The translations under genes and the position numbers were made by a program. A model generated the notes under the pieces. The model worked only from the letters and a program-made list of their open reading frames with translations. It did not search any database and was not told where the DNA came from. A stretch of DNA of 62,757 nucleotides from an uncultured delta proteobacterium (GTDB taxonomy: Bacteria > Desulfobacterota > Binatia > Bin18): assembly GCA_963733195.1 (NCBI GenBank), contig CAVTCR010000015.1, positions 1 to 62,757 on the forward strand, read 5' to 3'. This document shows positions 19,935 to 31,674 of this stretch, one piece after another; the stretch's first letter is position 1; every line of letters starts with the position of its first letter.

Positions 19935-21428
19935 ATGGGCCAAGTATCACAAGTTCTACCGGAAGCCGTCCGCGGTTTCATCACGCCGACCAGCAAAAAA
20001 ATGCTCATCGGTGGCAAGTGGGTTGATGCAGCATCAGGAAAGACGTTTACCACGGTTAATCCAGCAACGGCGGAGACCCTCGCCATGATCGCCGAAGGCG
20101 ATGCAGAGGATGTAAATCGTGCGGTTGCGGCTGCTCGCAAAGCCTTTGATGACGGGCCGTGGCCGCACATGAAGCCTGCAGAGCGAACGAAGATCTTGTT
20201 AAAAGTCGCTGATCTTATCGATAAACATGGTGACGAGCTGGCTCAACTAGAAACGCTTGATAATGGCAAGACTCTCTTCGAGTCACGTAACGTTGATATT
20301 CCCGGCGCGGCGGAAACCTTCCGCTACTATGCTGGTTGGCCGACGAAGATTTATGGTGAGACTAATCCCTCTGATCCCTCGTTCTTCAATTACACCTTAC
20401 GTGAACCAGTAGGCGTGTGTGGTCAAGTTATTCCGTGGAACTTTCCGCTTTTAATGGCGGCATGGAAACTGGGACCAGCATTAGCGTGCGGCAACACCGT
20501 TATACTGAAACCGGCAGAGCAGACACCGCTCACTGCCCTCCGTCTCGGTGAGTTGCTGTTGGAAGCTGGCATACCTGAAGGTGTCATTAATATCGTGCCG
20601 GGATTTGGTCCTACAGCAGGGGCAGCTATCGCCAACCATCCGCAGGTCGATAAGGTTGCGTTTACTGGCTCGACGGAAGTCGGCAAAGAGATTCTCAAAG
20701 CCTCGGCTGGCAATCTCAAGCGAGTCTCATTAGAGCTCGGTGGAAAGTCTCCAAACATTGTGTTTGTCGATGCCGATCAAAACGCGGCGGCGGCAGGTGC
20801 CTTTATGGGTATCTTCTTCAACCAAGGGCAAGTCTGTTGCGCTGGGTCGCGGTTGTTTGTCGAGCAAAAGATGTACGATCAGTTTGTTGATACCTTATCG
20901 TCTTCGGCTGCTTCGATTAACCAGGGGCCAGGGCTGGATAAAGATGCTCGTCTTGGACCGTTAGTGTCGCAAGAACAATACGAACGCGTGCTCGGATATA
21001 TCGACATCGGCAAGAAAGAAGGTGCGCAAGTCAAAGTTGGCGGAGAAGCAAATAGTGCACTTGGTAAAGGCTATTTCGTCAAGCCGACTGTTTTTGCCAA
21101 CGTCAACAATTCTATGCGAGTGGCGCAAGAAGAAATCTTCGGCCCTGTGGTTACCGCTATACCATTCAAAGATGAAGAGGATGTAGTCCGTCAGGCGAAT
21201 AACACGATTTATGGTCTAGCTGCTGGCGTTTGGACAAAAGACGTCTCCAAAGCCCATCGGATTTCCCGTGCCTTACGAGCGGGGACAGTATGGGTGAACT
21301 GTTACAATCAGCTCGATCCTATTTCTCCGTTCGGTGGTTACAAGCAGAGTGGCTTTGGTCGTGAACTTGGACACTACGCATTAGAGCTGTACACACAAAT
21401 TAAAAGTGTGTGGCTCAAACTAGACTAG
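19935..21428 (+). CDS. NAD(P)+-dependent aldehyde dehydrogenase (ALDH1/2-like)
   Basis: [46 protein letters not shown]. Confidence 0.96.
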   Translation: MGQVSQVLPEAVRGFITPTSKKMLIGGKWVDAASGKTFTTVNPATAETLAMIAEGDAEDVNRAVAAARKAFDDGPWPHMKPAERTKILLKVADLIDKHGDELAQLETLDNGKTLFESRNVDIPGAAETFRYYAGWPTKIYGETNPSDPSFFNYTLREPVGVCGQVIPWNFPLLMAAWKLGPALACGNTVILKPAEQTPLTALRLGELLLEAGIPEGVINIVPGFGPTAGAAIANHPQVDKVAFTGSTEVGKEILKASAGNLKRVSLELGGKSPNIVFVDADQNAAAAGAFMGIFFNQGQVCCAGSRLFVEQKMYDQFVDTLSSSAASINQGPGLDKDARLGPLVSQEQYERVLGYIDIGKKEGAQVKVGGEANSALGKGYFVKPTVFANVNNSMRVAQEEIFGPVVTAIPFKDEEDVVRQANNTIYGLAAGVWTKDVSKAHRISRALRAGTVWVNCYNQLDPISPFGGYKQSGFGRELGHYALELYTQIKSVWLKLD

Positions 21429-21475
21429 AGTAGTTCCGCAGATCACAATCTGTTCTGGCACAATCGGGACAACCC

Positions 21476-21506
21476 AGGGATAGACGGAGCGTCTCCGTCT
21501 ATCCCT
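21476..21506 (+). terminator. Perfect 14-bp hairpin after ALDH
   Basis: AGGGATAGACGGAG-CGT-CTCCGTCTATCCCT. Confidence 0.65.
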
Positions 21507-21641
21507 ATCAGGTTAGTGCTTCACGAAGTCACGCTTCATGTTATTGTCCCTCTTCAGTGAAGAAAGTTGAACTTGAGCACCGCACCACCTCCTACGGTGA
21601 CGTGCTATCATCTAGCCCATTCCTGCACAGGAGACACATCG

Positions 21642-22112
21642 ATGTCAATTGAAGTCTTTGGAGTTGAGCACCTTGACCTTACCGTCAACGATCTTCAATT
21701 GTCTCTGCCTTTTTATGCGAAAGTTCTTGAGTATCTAGGATTCAGACGAGTTGCACACGAAAGCTATATTGCCTGGTCTAACGGCCACATGGGCATTGGC
21801 TTCCGCGCCGCACCGCCAGAAGAAAAGGGTGTTGCATTTAGTCGCTATCGGGTCGGGTTACATCACCTAGCGCTCAGAGCAAAAAGCCGCGAGGACGTTG
21901 ATCAGTTTTTTCAATTTCTCATGCAGGAAGGGATCACAATCTTAGATCCTCCTGCTGAATATCCTCAGTATGGCCCTAATTATTACGCCGTTTTCTTTGC
22001 CGATCCTGACGGCATGAAGCTAGAGTTTGTGCATTTCCCTTGGGGATATTGGAAGCGGGTGCAAACAACAGGTCGGGATGAACGCCCACGGTATATGCCG
22101 GACAAAGTGTGA
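21642..22112 (+). CDS. VOC/glyoxalase-family protein
   Basis: HLDLTV.D, GLHHLAL, YYAVFFADPDGMKLE. Confidence 0.9.
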   Translation: MSIEVFGVEHLDLTVNDLQLSLPFYAKVLEYLGFRRVAHESYIAWSNGHMGIGFRAAPPEEKGVAFSRYRVGLHHLALRAKSREDVDQFFQFLMQEGITILDPPAEYPQYGPNYYAVFFADPDGMKLEFVHFPWGYWKRVQTTGRDERPRYMPDKV

Positions 22113-22425
22113 GTAGAGTTTGGAAGCGACTCCATCTCTCTCTTTCCAGCCGTATATAGCGTGACCATTCCACAGGGGGCACGAAATCAAGAGAGGGGCG
22201 GAAGCTTTCCTTCGCTATCTTCTCTCCGAACCTGGTCGCACGGCGTTCCTGCGACGCGGGTTCCCGCCAACAGATGTACTTGTTGGTGGAGATGAAACGG
22301 CAGGTGCCACAATCGTTGCGCCGTCTCATTCAGGGTCCTTACTCTCCGTAAGTGACTTTGCCCCTGCGTGGATTCCGCATACGGGACCTCTCCGTTCGAA
22401 TGTGTCGTAGCCACCCGACATCGCA

Positions 22426-22480
22426 TTGACATACGCGTAAGTCATATATATAAGCTCAAAAATATTTGGTCACCGAGTAT
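22426..22480 (+). promoter_or_regulatory. Copy of the mop promoter/operator (site B)
   Basis: TTGACAT-N10-CATATATATA...CAAAAATATTT...ACCGAGTAT, colinear with 17989-18044; operator ATATTTGG-TCA-CCGAGTAT. Confidence 0.75.
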
Positions 22481-22507
22481 ATATTATTTATATCCATCCC
22501 CAGTAAC

Positions 22508-22717
22508 AGAAAAGTGCCCCGGCCTGGTAATCAATTTTCAAGTCCTGTTACGGCGGTCAAGCTCGGCACCGCCGTGACGGCGGCTGTTGTCGACGGCGAG
22601 GGTGGGCATGCAAGTATCGTCGCAATTTTCCGCAACCCCGTCGAGTGATTATCACGAAGCGCTGGCGATGCCGTGGCGGAAATGAGGAACGCAAGAACAG
22701 TATTTGTGAGGAAAGAC
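22508..22717 (+). pseudogene. Decayed third mop/TOBE copy
   Basis: GNQFSSPVTAVKLGTAVTAAVVDGEGGHASIVAIFRNPVE*LSRSAGDAV...VFVRKD aligns end-to-end with Mop; no start codon, internal stop. Confidence 0.75.
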
Positions 22718-22809
22718 TGGCCCTCACAGACGTAGCAAGAGAAGGAGGGAAAAGATGAAGTTTCTACGGGCGATGATGGTAACCACGTGTGTGCTGTTCT
22801 TTGTCGTTT

Positions 22810-22912
22810 CGGGTGCGACCGCCGCGAATCTCTGTAAATGGCGCGCTTGGTGGCGGGAATACTCCGTTCGGGGGCTACAAGCAATCCGGCAACGGCGAGT
22901 TCGGCGTCTGGG
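22810..22912 (+). pseudogene. C-terminal aldehyde dehydrogenase fragment
   Basis: ISVNGA....[14 protein letters not shown]. Confidence 0.7.
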
Positions 22913-23119
22913 CTGAGGCTTCGAAACCAAGGCAATCGTGGGATACAACGCCGCGGAATCAAAATAACGCGAACTCGGCGCCAGCGACCCCAACATTTCG
23001 TATCTTGTTGGGGTCGTAGCCGACCGAGGGCGTCGGTGTGAAATGCCGCCAAGCAGAGGCAAGGGCGAATCGTGGCAAGTTGGTATGGACGAGCCCAACA
23101 TCAATAAGGAGTGGAGGCG

Positions 23120-24063
23120 ATGAGCAGAATGATTGACCGGCTCTGCCTGGCCGGGGTTCCGCTTGGAGGGATGCAATCGGTGGTGATTGATAACGCCGCT
23201 GAATACTTCCTCACAACACGATTGCCAATCGGGTGGGACCGAGACACGTTTACGCTTGCGGACTTTCCCCAATGCCTTTCTCCATGGCGGTCTGCCTTCG
23301 TTGAATTTCGCCTGCCTGCCTCAGAACGAGAACAACATAGAGAAGCCCCGTATAGCGTCGGCATGGCGGTGTATTCCAGTCGAAAAACAGATCTTGCGAC
23401 CAGAGGGAAAGACCCTGAGGGGTCTCTACCGAGCATCCAACAGGCAATCGTGCGAACTTATCCTCACCTTGTCGCTCAATCCGAGTGGCTGACTTCGTTT
23501 GCGCTGTGGCTGGAAAGTCCCCACCGGGTCTTGGCTGGCCCGTCTCGCCAACTACACGTTCTTTCATACGGCAAATGGCGACTTGCTCTGGAATGACGGC
23601 AATGTGCCTGAAGCCATCATGGCGGACATGCAGTGCTCTGCGTTCAATTCGCCGGAAGAGCAGCGTGCTTTCGCTAAGCGCGTGATGACTCCCTATCTCT
23701 TTCCATTCCTCTTCGCCTTTAGCTTAGCGAATTGTAAAAACGTGACTACCTCCCTTGTTCACCCTCCTGAAAAACTCTCTCGTGCCCACAAGAGGCGACA
23801 TGGCATCCCGCTCTCGCGCTACTACACGCTCAACATTGAACCGATGAAGAAGGTGCTCCGGGAAGAGGGCCAGGTAGAATCGCACGGCCTTGAAGCATGC
23901 GCTTTCGGTTTGCCGGGGGCACTTTGCGAACTACACCGAGGGAAGAGGATTGTTTGGCAAATATCACGGCCAGTTCTGGATTCCCCAACACGTGCGCGGA
24001 TCAGCAAGCCAGGGAGTCGTCACGAAAGATTATGCCGTAAACGCGCCACGGGAGACGCCGTAA
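23120..24063 (+). CDS. Hypothetical protein with phage-like C-terminal motif (two frameshifts)
   Basis: Joined ORFs end ...KLSRAHKRRHGIPLSRYYTLNI...LSVCRGHFANYTEGRGLFGKYHGQFWIPQHVRGSASQGVVTKDY..*. Confidence 0.6.
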
Positions 24064-24232
24064 GGCTAGCCTCTTTCTCTTCCTTTCTTCTTTTCCTCTG
24101 TATCCCGTCGAACCTGGAGAGGTCACCGAATGTTCCTAGTAGAGCCTTACCAGGATAGCACCCGCCCCGATTTTGCCTGGGCTTAGGGGAGTAGAGGTTT
24201 GCCTCCGCATTTCATCCTTGACGAAAGGCTCT

Positions 24233-26239
24233 TCATATTCCTGCTTCTGGGCTTGGGCCCGTCTCGTTGAGAATTCCTTCCATCCGCAAGCGGACAAGCC
24301 GTTTGGTACGCTCTGGATCCGTCAAGATATAAAACCGTCCGTCTTTGATGGCTTGGACTACGATGGTGCCAACCTCCTCCGGTTTCATACCCGCTACGGC
24401 AAGATGTGGAGTGTGAGAGGAGGCTGTATACTTCCTGAGAGAGTCACAGGAAGGATAGAGATCACAAGCATGTTAAGTGACGAGGATTATCAGGAAGCGG
24501 TCCGGCGCTATAAGAACATGCGGGGGAATGGGCATGAGCGCCAACGGTATCATGCGCTGATTTTAGTGCATCGAGGGTATAGCTATCGGGAGGTGGCCGA
24601 GATTCTCTTGGTGGACGAAGAGACCATCAGTCGCTGGGTGGAGCAATATACCGAGCACGGGTTAGACGGGCTGCGCAATCATCCGCACTGGGGCGGGGAG
24701 CACGGGCAACGCGAGCTCAGTTGCGAACAAATCGTAGAGTTGCAGCGCATACTCCGTGAAGAAGCAATGGTGGGGACGAAAGTGGGCAGTGGCTGGACGA
24801 ACAAGGCGGTGCGGCAACTCATCGCGGAGCGCTTTGGAGCGAGCTACAGCAAGAGTGGGATGCGCAAGCTGTTTGGGCATATGGGGTGGAGTTATCAATG
24901 TGGGCGCAAGCTCTATATTCGGCGGGATCCAGTGGATCACGCGCGCTATGAGTTGGAGACGCGCGAGGTGTTGGCGAAGTACGCGCGGACGGGGCAGCCG
25001 GTGGTGCCGTTAGCGGGGGATCAGAGCAAAGTGTATTTGGAAGGGACGTTGAGCCGGCGCTGGAATCCGATTGGGCAGCAACCGGTGGTGGCCGATGGAG
25101 CCCGGTCGAAGCGCGCGGAGAATCTATATGGGGCGGTGCATTTGGGGACGGGAGCGGAGGTCGCACCGTTTGTGATTGATTGGCAAGATAGCGACGCGAC
25201 GATTCGGTGGTACGAACTGCTCTTGGACGCGTGTCCCCAGGGGCAGATCTTGTTGTGGCAAGACCAAGCGCCACATCACACCAGTGACGAAGTCGAGGAG
25301 TGGTTGGAACAGCAGCCCCGGATCGAAGTAATTGCGTTTCCGAAATACACCCCAGAGGAGAACCCCAAGGAAGGCACTTGGAAGGATCTCAAGGAGGAAG
25401 TGAGTCATCATCACTGGCATGAGACGATCGGGGAACTCGGCTCGGCGATTGATCGGTACTACCAAGCAGGAAAGACGCACGTAGTGAACTTCTTACAAAA
25501 GTTTGGCTATCGCTGGGTGGATGGGATCATTGAACCATAGTTGCTGGATGCGCGCGTGGAGATTCCGTCGTCGCTCTGTTAGAGCTTCCTGTGCTTGTTC
25601 ATCGCGGGATACTGTAAGCCTCTCGGGTCGATTGCGATCAGCATACAAAATATTGGTAGCCGTTGCGCCCGGCACTAACAGCGCGGCTGTGAGCTTTGAG
25701 TCGGCTGCTTGCAGATCATAGTGTAACCCTTCCGTCAGCCGGGTGATCGCATGCTTGGTGATCCCATACGCAGAGGTGGTACCGGTAGTCAGTCCGACTG
25801 TCGAGGTTGTATTGATAATGACGCCTTCCTCGTTGTTGGCGATCATGCGAGGGACAAAGGCTTGGATGCCGTACAGAACGCCAGAGAAATTCACCGCCAT
25901 GATCCATTCCCAGTCCTGCGGCGGGATTTCCCACACGTGACCGAGGCCGCCAGAGACCCCCGCATTGTTGCAGAGAATATGGACATTACCGAACGTTGCA
26001 AACGTCCGGTCTGCAAGTGCAGACACCGACTCTCTTTTAGACACATCCGTCACGACCGAGAGGGTGTGAGCGCCTGCCGTTTGCAACTCTTTCTCCATCT
26101 CTACTAATGGACGTTCCTCGATATCTGCTAAAACGAGTTTCACACCCTCTTTGGCCAACTGTTGAGCAATGCCCTTGCCAATGCCACTGGCCGCGCCAGT
26201 GATCACCGCCACACGATTTGTTAAGTCTTGCATACTCAC
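24233..26239 (-). pseudogene. SDR oxidoreductase interrupted by an IS630-type insertion
   Basis: TGAASGIG, CNNAGV, YGITK in 25539-26239; in-frame C-terminus LAVAGMKPEEVG...FYILTDPE...GI* at 24403-24233. Confidence 0.88.
24404..25540 (+). mobile_element. IS630-family element; transposase 24469-25540
   Basis: HTH (YSYREVAEIL..ETISRW), GWT, DQS, DQAPHH, FPKYTPEENPKEGTW; boundaries taken from reconstructing the SDR. Confidence 0.85.
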
Positions 26240-26745
26240 CGCCTTTGTGTAGAAAACCTGTGCCGGGGAACTCTGTACTGTATCCCTAACCCGCTCGATA
26301 GCGAGAGCACCGGATGCGTCGCTTCAAATCTCCTCGGCGAGCCCAGTGATTCCTTAATGGAAATTTTTTCCGGATTCCTTCGCGGCAGCAGTACCGGAGC
26401 CTTCCCTCTACTGCCTGGCATCCAGGAGTTCTGCAAAACTGATCACGTTACCTTCCGGATCGCTAATTTCGACATAGCGCTCTATGTCGCAAATACTGCT
26501 GCCATAAAATGAGCGGGTACGCTATCTCGGGCTTATTTCCCGGTCAAGAACAAAAAAATACCTCCACGAAGCCTCTCCTCAGTGCAGCATACACCCTTCA
26601 TAACCCTTGGCCGCCACCTCCTGTCACACCCGTCGTACATCAACCTCCGACTGCCCAGCATCACGAGGTGTGCAGGTGTTCTGCCCATTTCTTCCGCGCC
26701 TCACCAGATACCGGGTAAATAACTCTCTGTGACGATGACGTGGAC

Positions 26746-28555
26746 TCAATGGGCGCTCCGGTGGCTGAGGGTCCATACATAAGCCGCCACCGCTGAGATC
26801 TCAGCAGGAGAAAGCTGTTCACTGCTTACCGGAGGCATTGCGGCCCTGTACTCCTTCGGGTTCGGTACTCCATCGGTAATTATCTGGGTAAGGGATTGCA
26901 GGCTGCCATCTCCCCACAAGTGCTTACCACTCGTGAGGTCGGGCCCCAGCGGCGTTCCCTTTGCGTCTGATCCGTGGCACCCTACGCACGTTGCACCTCC
27001 CTGTTGGCCGTGAAAGATCTGGTCGCCGAGCGAAATCTGTGCCGCCGTGACACCAGAGGGAAGCGGCATGGAGCCTTTCGCCTGCGAGCCAGCCTCCGGA
27101 TGGATGCCTTCTGGCGGAACAGTAGCTCCAGACACTGGATTATCAGCTCGAAAGGATGGCGAGGGGGCGGCCTCAATTCCTGCCGTCGTGGGGCCACGGT
27201 ATGTGACTCGCCAGATCCGACCGTGCTTGTCGTCCGTGATGTAGAGTGCACCATCAGGTCCGACCGCAAGCCCCGACGGCCGGTGTGCAGCCCGACCTGG
27301 TTCTTTGACTGCTCCAGCGAAACCATCGGCGAAGACCAAGTACTTCCCTGTGGGTTTTCCGTCAATGAAAGGCTGGAACACAACGTTGTAGCCGCCCTGA
27401 GGGGAAGGGGCTCGGTTCCATGACCCGTGGAATACGATAAACGCTCCCCCTCGGTAGGCTGTCGGGAACTGCTGTCCGTAGTAGAAGAGGAGGTCATTCG
27501 GTGCCCAGTGGGCCGGGAAGACCGCAACTGGGGCTCGCTTCTGCGCGCATGGCCCAACCGCCTTGCCACCATCACCTCCGTACTCCGGAGCTAGGACTAG
27601 CTTCTGCTGGGTCAGGTCATAGTAGCACTCGGGCCAACCATAGGCGGCTCCACGCTCCAGCTCCATCAGTTCCTCCGCCGGCTCGTTGGCTCCCTGCTCT
27701 GGCGTGTAGAGGCTCGGCCAGTTCTCTCGCAGTTGGTCGCGGCCATGCTGGGTGGCAAAGAGTTGACCCGCGGAGTCGACTGCGATGCCTACCGCGTTGC
27801 GAATCCCAGTAACAAAGCGCTCGGCAGGAGAGAATTTCTGCCCCGTCCGGTTGGCATCGTAGCGCCAGATGCCGGCCCGTGTCTCGAGCTCCGTGCATGG
27901 CTGAATACCTGGGGAGTTAGGTTTTCGATTCTGGACCTGGCAGGAGTTGGTTGCTGAGCCGAGGTCGACGTATAAGCCCCCCAGCGCATCGATCTCCAAT
28001 GGATGCATAGGGTGGTCATCAGTGAGGGGTAAGCCGGATAATATAACCTCAGGTGGTCCGCGCGGTGCATTCATCTCAGCAGGCAAAGCGTAGCGCACAA
28101 TGCGATCGTTCATTTCCACAAAAAGCCCGCCCTTGTAGAGCGCAATGCCTGTGCCGCCGGCGCTGCCCTGCTCGCGGGTCTCGCCGAAGCGAATGGTGAC
28201 GTCGGCCCGGCCGTCACCAGTAGTATCTTGGAGGGCGACCAAGAACCCGCCTGGAGGAGGGGGGTCGTTGGCGTAATAGCGGCCACTCCAGGTATTGACA
28301 TACACCACACCATTTGGAGCGACGACGAGGTGTCGCGCATGGCCAATGTTATCCGCGATACACAGTCGCGCAGAATTTGGGGGGCAGTGTGAGTCCGCCG
28401 TTGTCATCCGCGCAAGGTTCCGTCGGCTTCGACGTCGTATCGTGTTCCTCGCGCGCAGTTGCTGACGAACCGCTCGCTAGCAGTATCCCGATGATGAGAA
28501 AACTCATCGCAGCAACTTGTCTAGTCAAATCACAGATAGATAGATCATTTCTCAT
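26746..28555 (-). CDS. PQQ-dependent glucose/sorbosone dehydrogenase-family protein fused to cytochrome c (frameshift near 28365)
   Basis: GIRN, QHGRDQL, YGWP.CYYD, FHGSWNR, GPDGALY; C-terminal CVGCH heme motif. Confidence 0.9.
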
Positions 28556-28908
28556 TATGCGTGCCTCATTGATGACCAAAGTGAAAAGCGTTCGGAGTCG
28601 CCTGTCCATACCTTTAACACAGCAGTTGTGTGTATCGCTTCCGCACCAGCAAGACCAAGCATCCATATATCTTGATCTGTTGCAGGAAAGGACTGGACCG
28701 CTGGGAACATCTCTGTTATCCAGCGCGGTAATAAAGCCGCTATGGTAACTCTTATTGTTGTTTTGTCAGGTCACAGTCCGTCAACTGGACAATTCATATG
28801 TGGCTTTTGTCATGAAACGAGGTCTTTCAGTTGAAGGACAAAAGCGAAGACCCGCTGTCCATCGCAGCAGTGTAATATATTCACGCTTCTGCCTCGGTTG
28901 CTCCGGAA

Positions 28909-29409
28909 CTAGAACTCTCGGGGATATAGTTGGCTACTTCCGTCCATATCGCTAGTCTGCTCGTACCTGAGTGGGACCGCCGCAGGTACTACGAGCTGGC
29001 CGTCAAGGACTCGACCCAGTACCATCTCGTGGTCTCCAGCAGGCAGACTCCCTGTCACCTGGCACTCAAAGTAGGCGAGAGCCTGGGCCAAAATTGGCGC
29101 TCCACTACGCCCCGGATACCATACAATCTCGGTCAACTTATCCATCATACGCCCCGATTGCGTACCAAAATGCCGCGCTATGTCGAGATCGCTTTCCTGG
29201 AGTACGTTCACTGTAAAACCACCCCCGGCCTTGAGGAGTTCATAGGAGGTATGGGTGGGATTGATACTCAGAGCTAAAAGCAGCGGGTCGAACGAGGCCT
29301 GGATGAGCCACGCTGCCGTGAAGGCGTTACGCTGGTCTGCATGCGCCACTCCCACCACATAGACTCCCGCAGTAATCCGGCGAAAGAGTGCAGCAAGGGA
29401 TTCACTCAT
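28909..29409 (-). CDS. Flavin reductase-family protein
   Basis: GVYVV, SFDPLL, GAPIL, AGDHEMVLG. Confidence 0.9.
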   Translation of the reverse strand: MSESLAALFRRITAGVYVVGVAHADQRNAFTAAWLIQASFDPLLLALSINPTHTSYELLKAGGGFTVNVLQESDLDIARHFGTQSGRMMDKLTEIVWYPGRSGAPILAQALAYFECQVTGSLPAGDHEMVLGRVLDGQLVVPAAVPLRYEQTSDMDGSSQLYPREF

Positions 29410-29722
29410 ACTCAGCTTTCTCCTCCGCGAAAAGCTCTTTATGTGGGCCAGCGTCATTGCACCAGTGCAAGGTCAAGCAGGTTTTCGCTCCCGAACAACA
29501 ATAGCCAAGGTGCCTCCCTTCCCCTCGGCAATGGCGTCGACCATCTCTTTGATTTCTGTCGTACTAATATCTCGATTACAGACCTGACAGTATGCGGATC
29601 GCAGAATGCGAGGAGGCTTATTGTTCTGTAGTTCCACCTCTCTCACAAGGGGAGAATCGAAACAGGAATGATTGGAGAGAGGACTGACTGCTACATCTGA
29701 GGCCATCGTGAATCCTTTACCA

Positions 29723-30412
29723 TCACCGAGTAACGACTGTGAGTTCATTCCCTCGACCTGCATCGAATGGCAGTGCGAGCGACAGATACCCGTTCTGCGG
29801 GTTGCGCACATAGTCGAGATAGCCCGACGATTGCTCCAACGCGTTATCGCCAATCACGAACGCGCCATCTCGTAAGTGCGGCTCCAACAGCTTGAGGACA
29901 GGCAGGTAGAGGATGAACGCGCCGTCGAGAAGGACCAGGTCCACGTCTCCGTTGATCCCCTCTTTCAGCGTTTCGAGTGCGTCGCCGACGCGGATGTCCA
30001 CAAGGTCGGCCAAGCCCGCGGCCTCGAGGTTTTCCCGTGCGCGCTGTGCTTTCGTAGGTTCTAGTTCCGTGCTGATCAACTGACCGCCACCGTTATCGCG
30101 CAACGCACTGGCCAAATGAATCGTCGAAATACCAAAGGAGGTGCCGAATTCAACGATCCGCTTAGCTTTCCGGGCGCGGGCGCACATGTAGAGGAGGCGT
30201 CCAAAGTCAGCGGAGACGTTCAGGAAGTTGTCCACATACGTCCGATACACTGCGCGATAGTCTTTTGTCTCTGCTTCCAAAAACTTGTTCAACTCATCGT
30301 GAGTGAAGTCCCCGTTCCGATACTTTTCCATGAGCGCACGATCTGCGGTTTCAGCCTCCTGATACAGCCGTTTGAGAATGTCTGCGACCCTACCTGTCGT
30401 GAGTGAATCCAT
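29723..30412 (-). CDS. Class I SAM-dependent O-methyltransferase
   Basis: VEFGTSFGISTIHLA, GDALETL, DLVLLDG, GDN. Confidence 0.92.
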   Translation of the reverse strand: MDSLTTGRVADILKRLYQEAETADRALMEKYRNGDFTHDELNKFLEAETKDYRAVYRTYVDNFLNVSADFGRLLYMCARARKAKRIVEFGTSFGISTIHLASALRDNGGGQLISTELEPTKAQRARENLEAAGLADLVDIRVGDALETLKEGINGDVDLVLLDGAFILYLPVLKLLEPHLRDGAFVIGDNALEQSSGYLDYVRNPQNGYLSLALPFDAGRGNELTVVTR

Positions 30413-30577
30413 GTTATATGCTCCTTCCGAAATAAGTTACGCTCTTCCTGACATACGGGGAGAGCCTCGTATTGGAGAGGATACAGGGTTTTCTCATTGA
30501 ATCCACAGACACTCTACAGGAGGTACAATGAAATTCGGCATTCATCATTCCTCAGGGCCTTACCTGCACACGATCTC

Positions 30578-31630
30578 TCAAGAGGAACGCAGGCGGCGAC
30601 GGCGTGCTGGTTCGTCAAGCCAGGGATTCGGAATAAACGAATCCTTTGGATCGATACGAACCCCCGGTGGCACGATTGCGTCAATGCGATCCAGCACCTC
30701 CGGAGTGAGCTTTATCTCAGTCGCGCCCAGCGTATCTTGGAGCTGCGCTAACGTCTTCGGCCCCATAATCACGGAACTCACCGCGGGATGCTCAGCCGCG
30801 AACGCCATTGCCAGGTGTGTGAGCGAGAGCCCCGCATCGTGCGCCACGGTGCTTAACTCTTCCACCAGCGTATATTTTCGTTGTACCTCTGGCCGATCTT
30901 CATCCCACACCCCCAACCGTCCTAATCGACTCGTCGCCCGACTTCCTGCCGGTGGGGGTTCATTGCGTCGATATTTCCCTGTCAGCCAGCCCCCAGCTAA
31001 CGGCGCATAAACCATCACTCCGACTCCGTGGCGTTGGCACGTCGGCAACACACCTTCCTCTACTTTCCGACTCAGTATCGAGTAGATACACTGTTCGCTT
31101 CGCACCCGCGCCAGCTGGCGTTGCTCCGCGATACGTTGCGCCTCAACAATCCACTCGGCTGAGGTCGCCGAGGTGCCAATCACCCGAATTTTCCCCGCCC
31201 GTTGCAAGTCCGTCATCGCTGCCAATGACTCTTCCAACTCTGTGTCCCAGTCTCGACGATGCAGTTGGTAGACATCAATGTAATCGGTCTCTAATCGCCG
31301 TAAGCTGTCCTCAACGGCGCGCACAATCCACCGGCGAGATCCTCCGCCGTCGCCCACGTTTTTTCCCGTCCGAGTCAATAACTCGACCCGTCCTGGGGGG
31401 AAAAAGCATTTGGTGGCGAGTATCACCTGGTCGCGGCGTCCCTGCAACGCCTTGGCCAGAATCCGTTCCGACTCGCCGTCGGAATAGGCGTCGGAAGTGT
31501 CAATGAAGTTCACACCAGCGTCCAGGGCCGCATGCGTGATCTTGATGCACTCGTCATGATCTGGGTTGCCCATTGGCCCAAACATCATCGCACCCAAACA
31601 GAAGTGACTCACCTTTGCGCATATTGTCAC
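30578..31630 (-). CDS. Aldo/keto reductase (appears 5'-truncated)
   Basis: [42 protein letters not shown]; lacks the usual M.YR.LG start. Confidence 0.85.
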   Translation of the reverse strand: MTICAKVSHFCLGAMMFGPMGNPDHDECIKITHAALDAGVNFIDTSDAYSDGESERILAKALQGRRDQVILATKCFFPPGRVELLTRTGKNVGDGGGSRRWIVRAVEDSLRRLETDYIDVYQLHRRDWDTELEESLAAMTDLQRAGKIRVIGTSATSAEWIVEAQRIAEQRQLARVRSEQCIYSILSRKVEEGVLPTCQRHGVGVMVYAPLAGGWLTGKYRRNEPPPAGSRATSRLGRLGVWDEDRPEVQRKYTLVEELSTVAHDAGLSLTHLAMAFAAEHPAVSSVIMGPKTLAQLQDTLGATEIKLTPEVLDRIDAIVPPGVRIDPKDSFIPNPWLDEPARRRRLRSS

Positions 31631-31674
31631 TTGCCGTTGATCTGCTAGTTACATTCCAACCCAAAGGAGCCTTC

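Noticed and set aside
24173-24468. N-terminal extension of the IS630 transposase (455-aa ORF)
   Set aside because: Most of this stretch is the antisense of the SDR C-terminus; the real start is probably the ATG at 24469.
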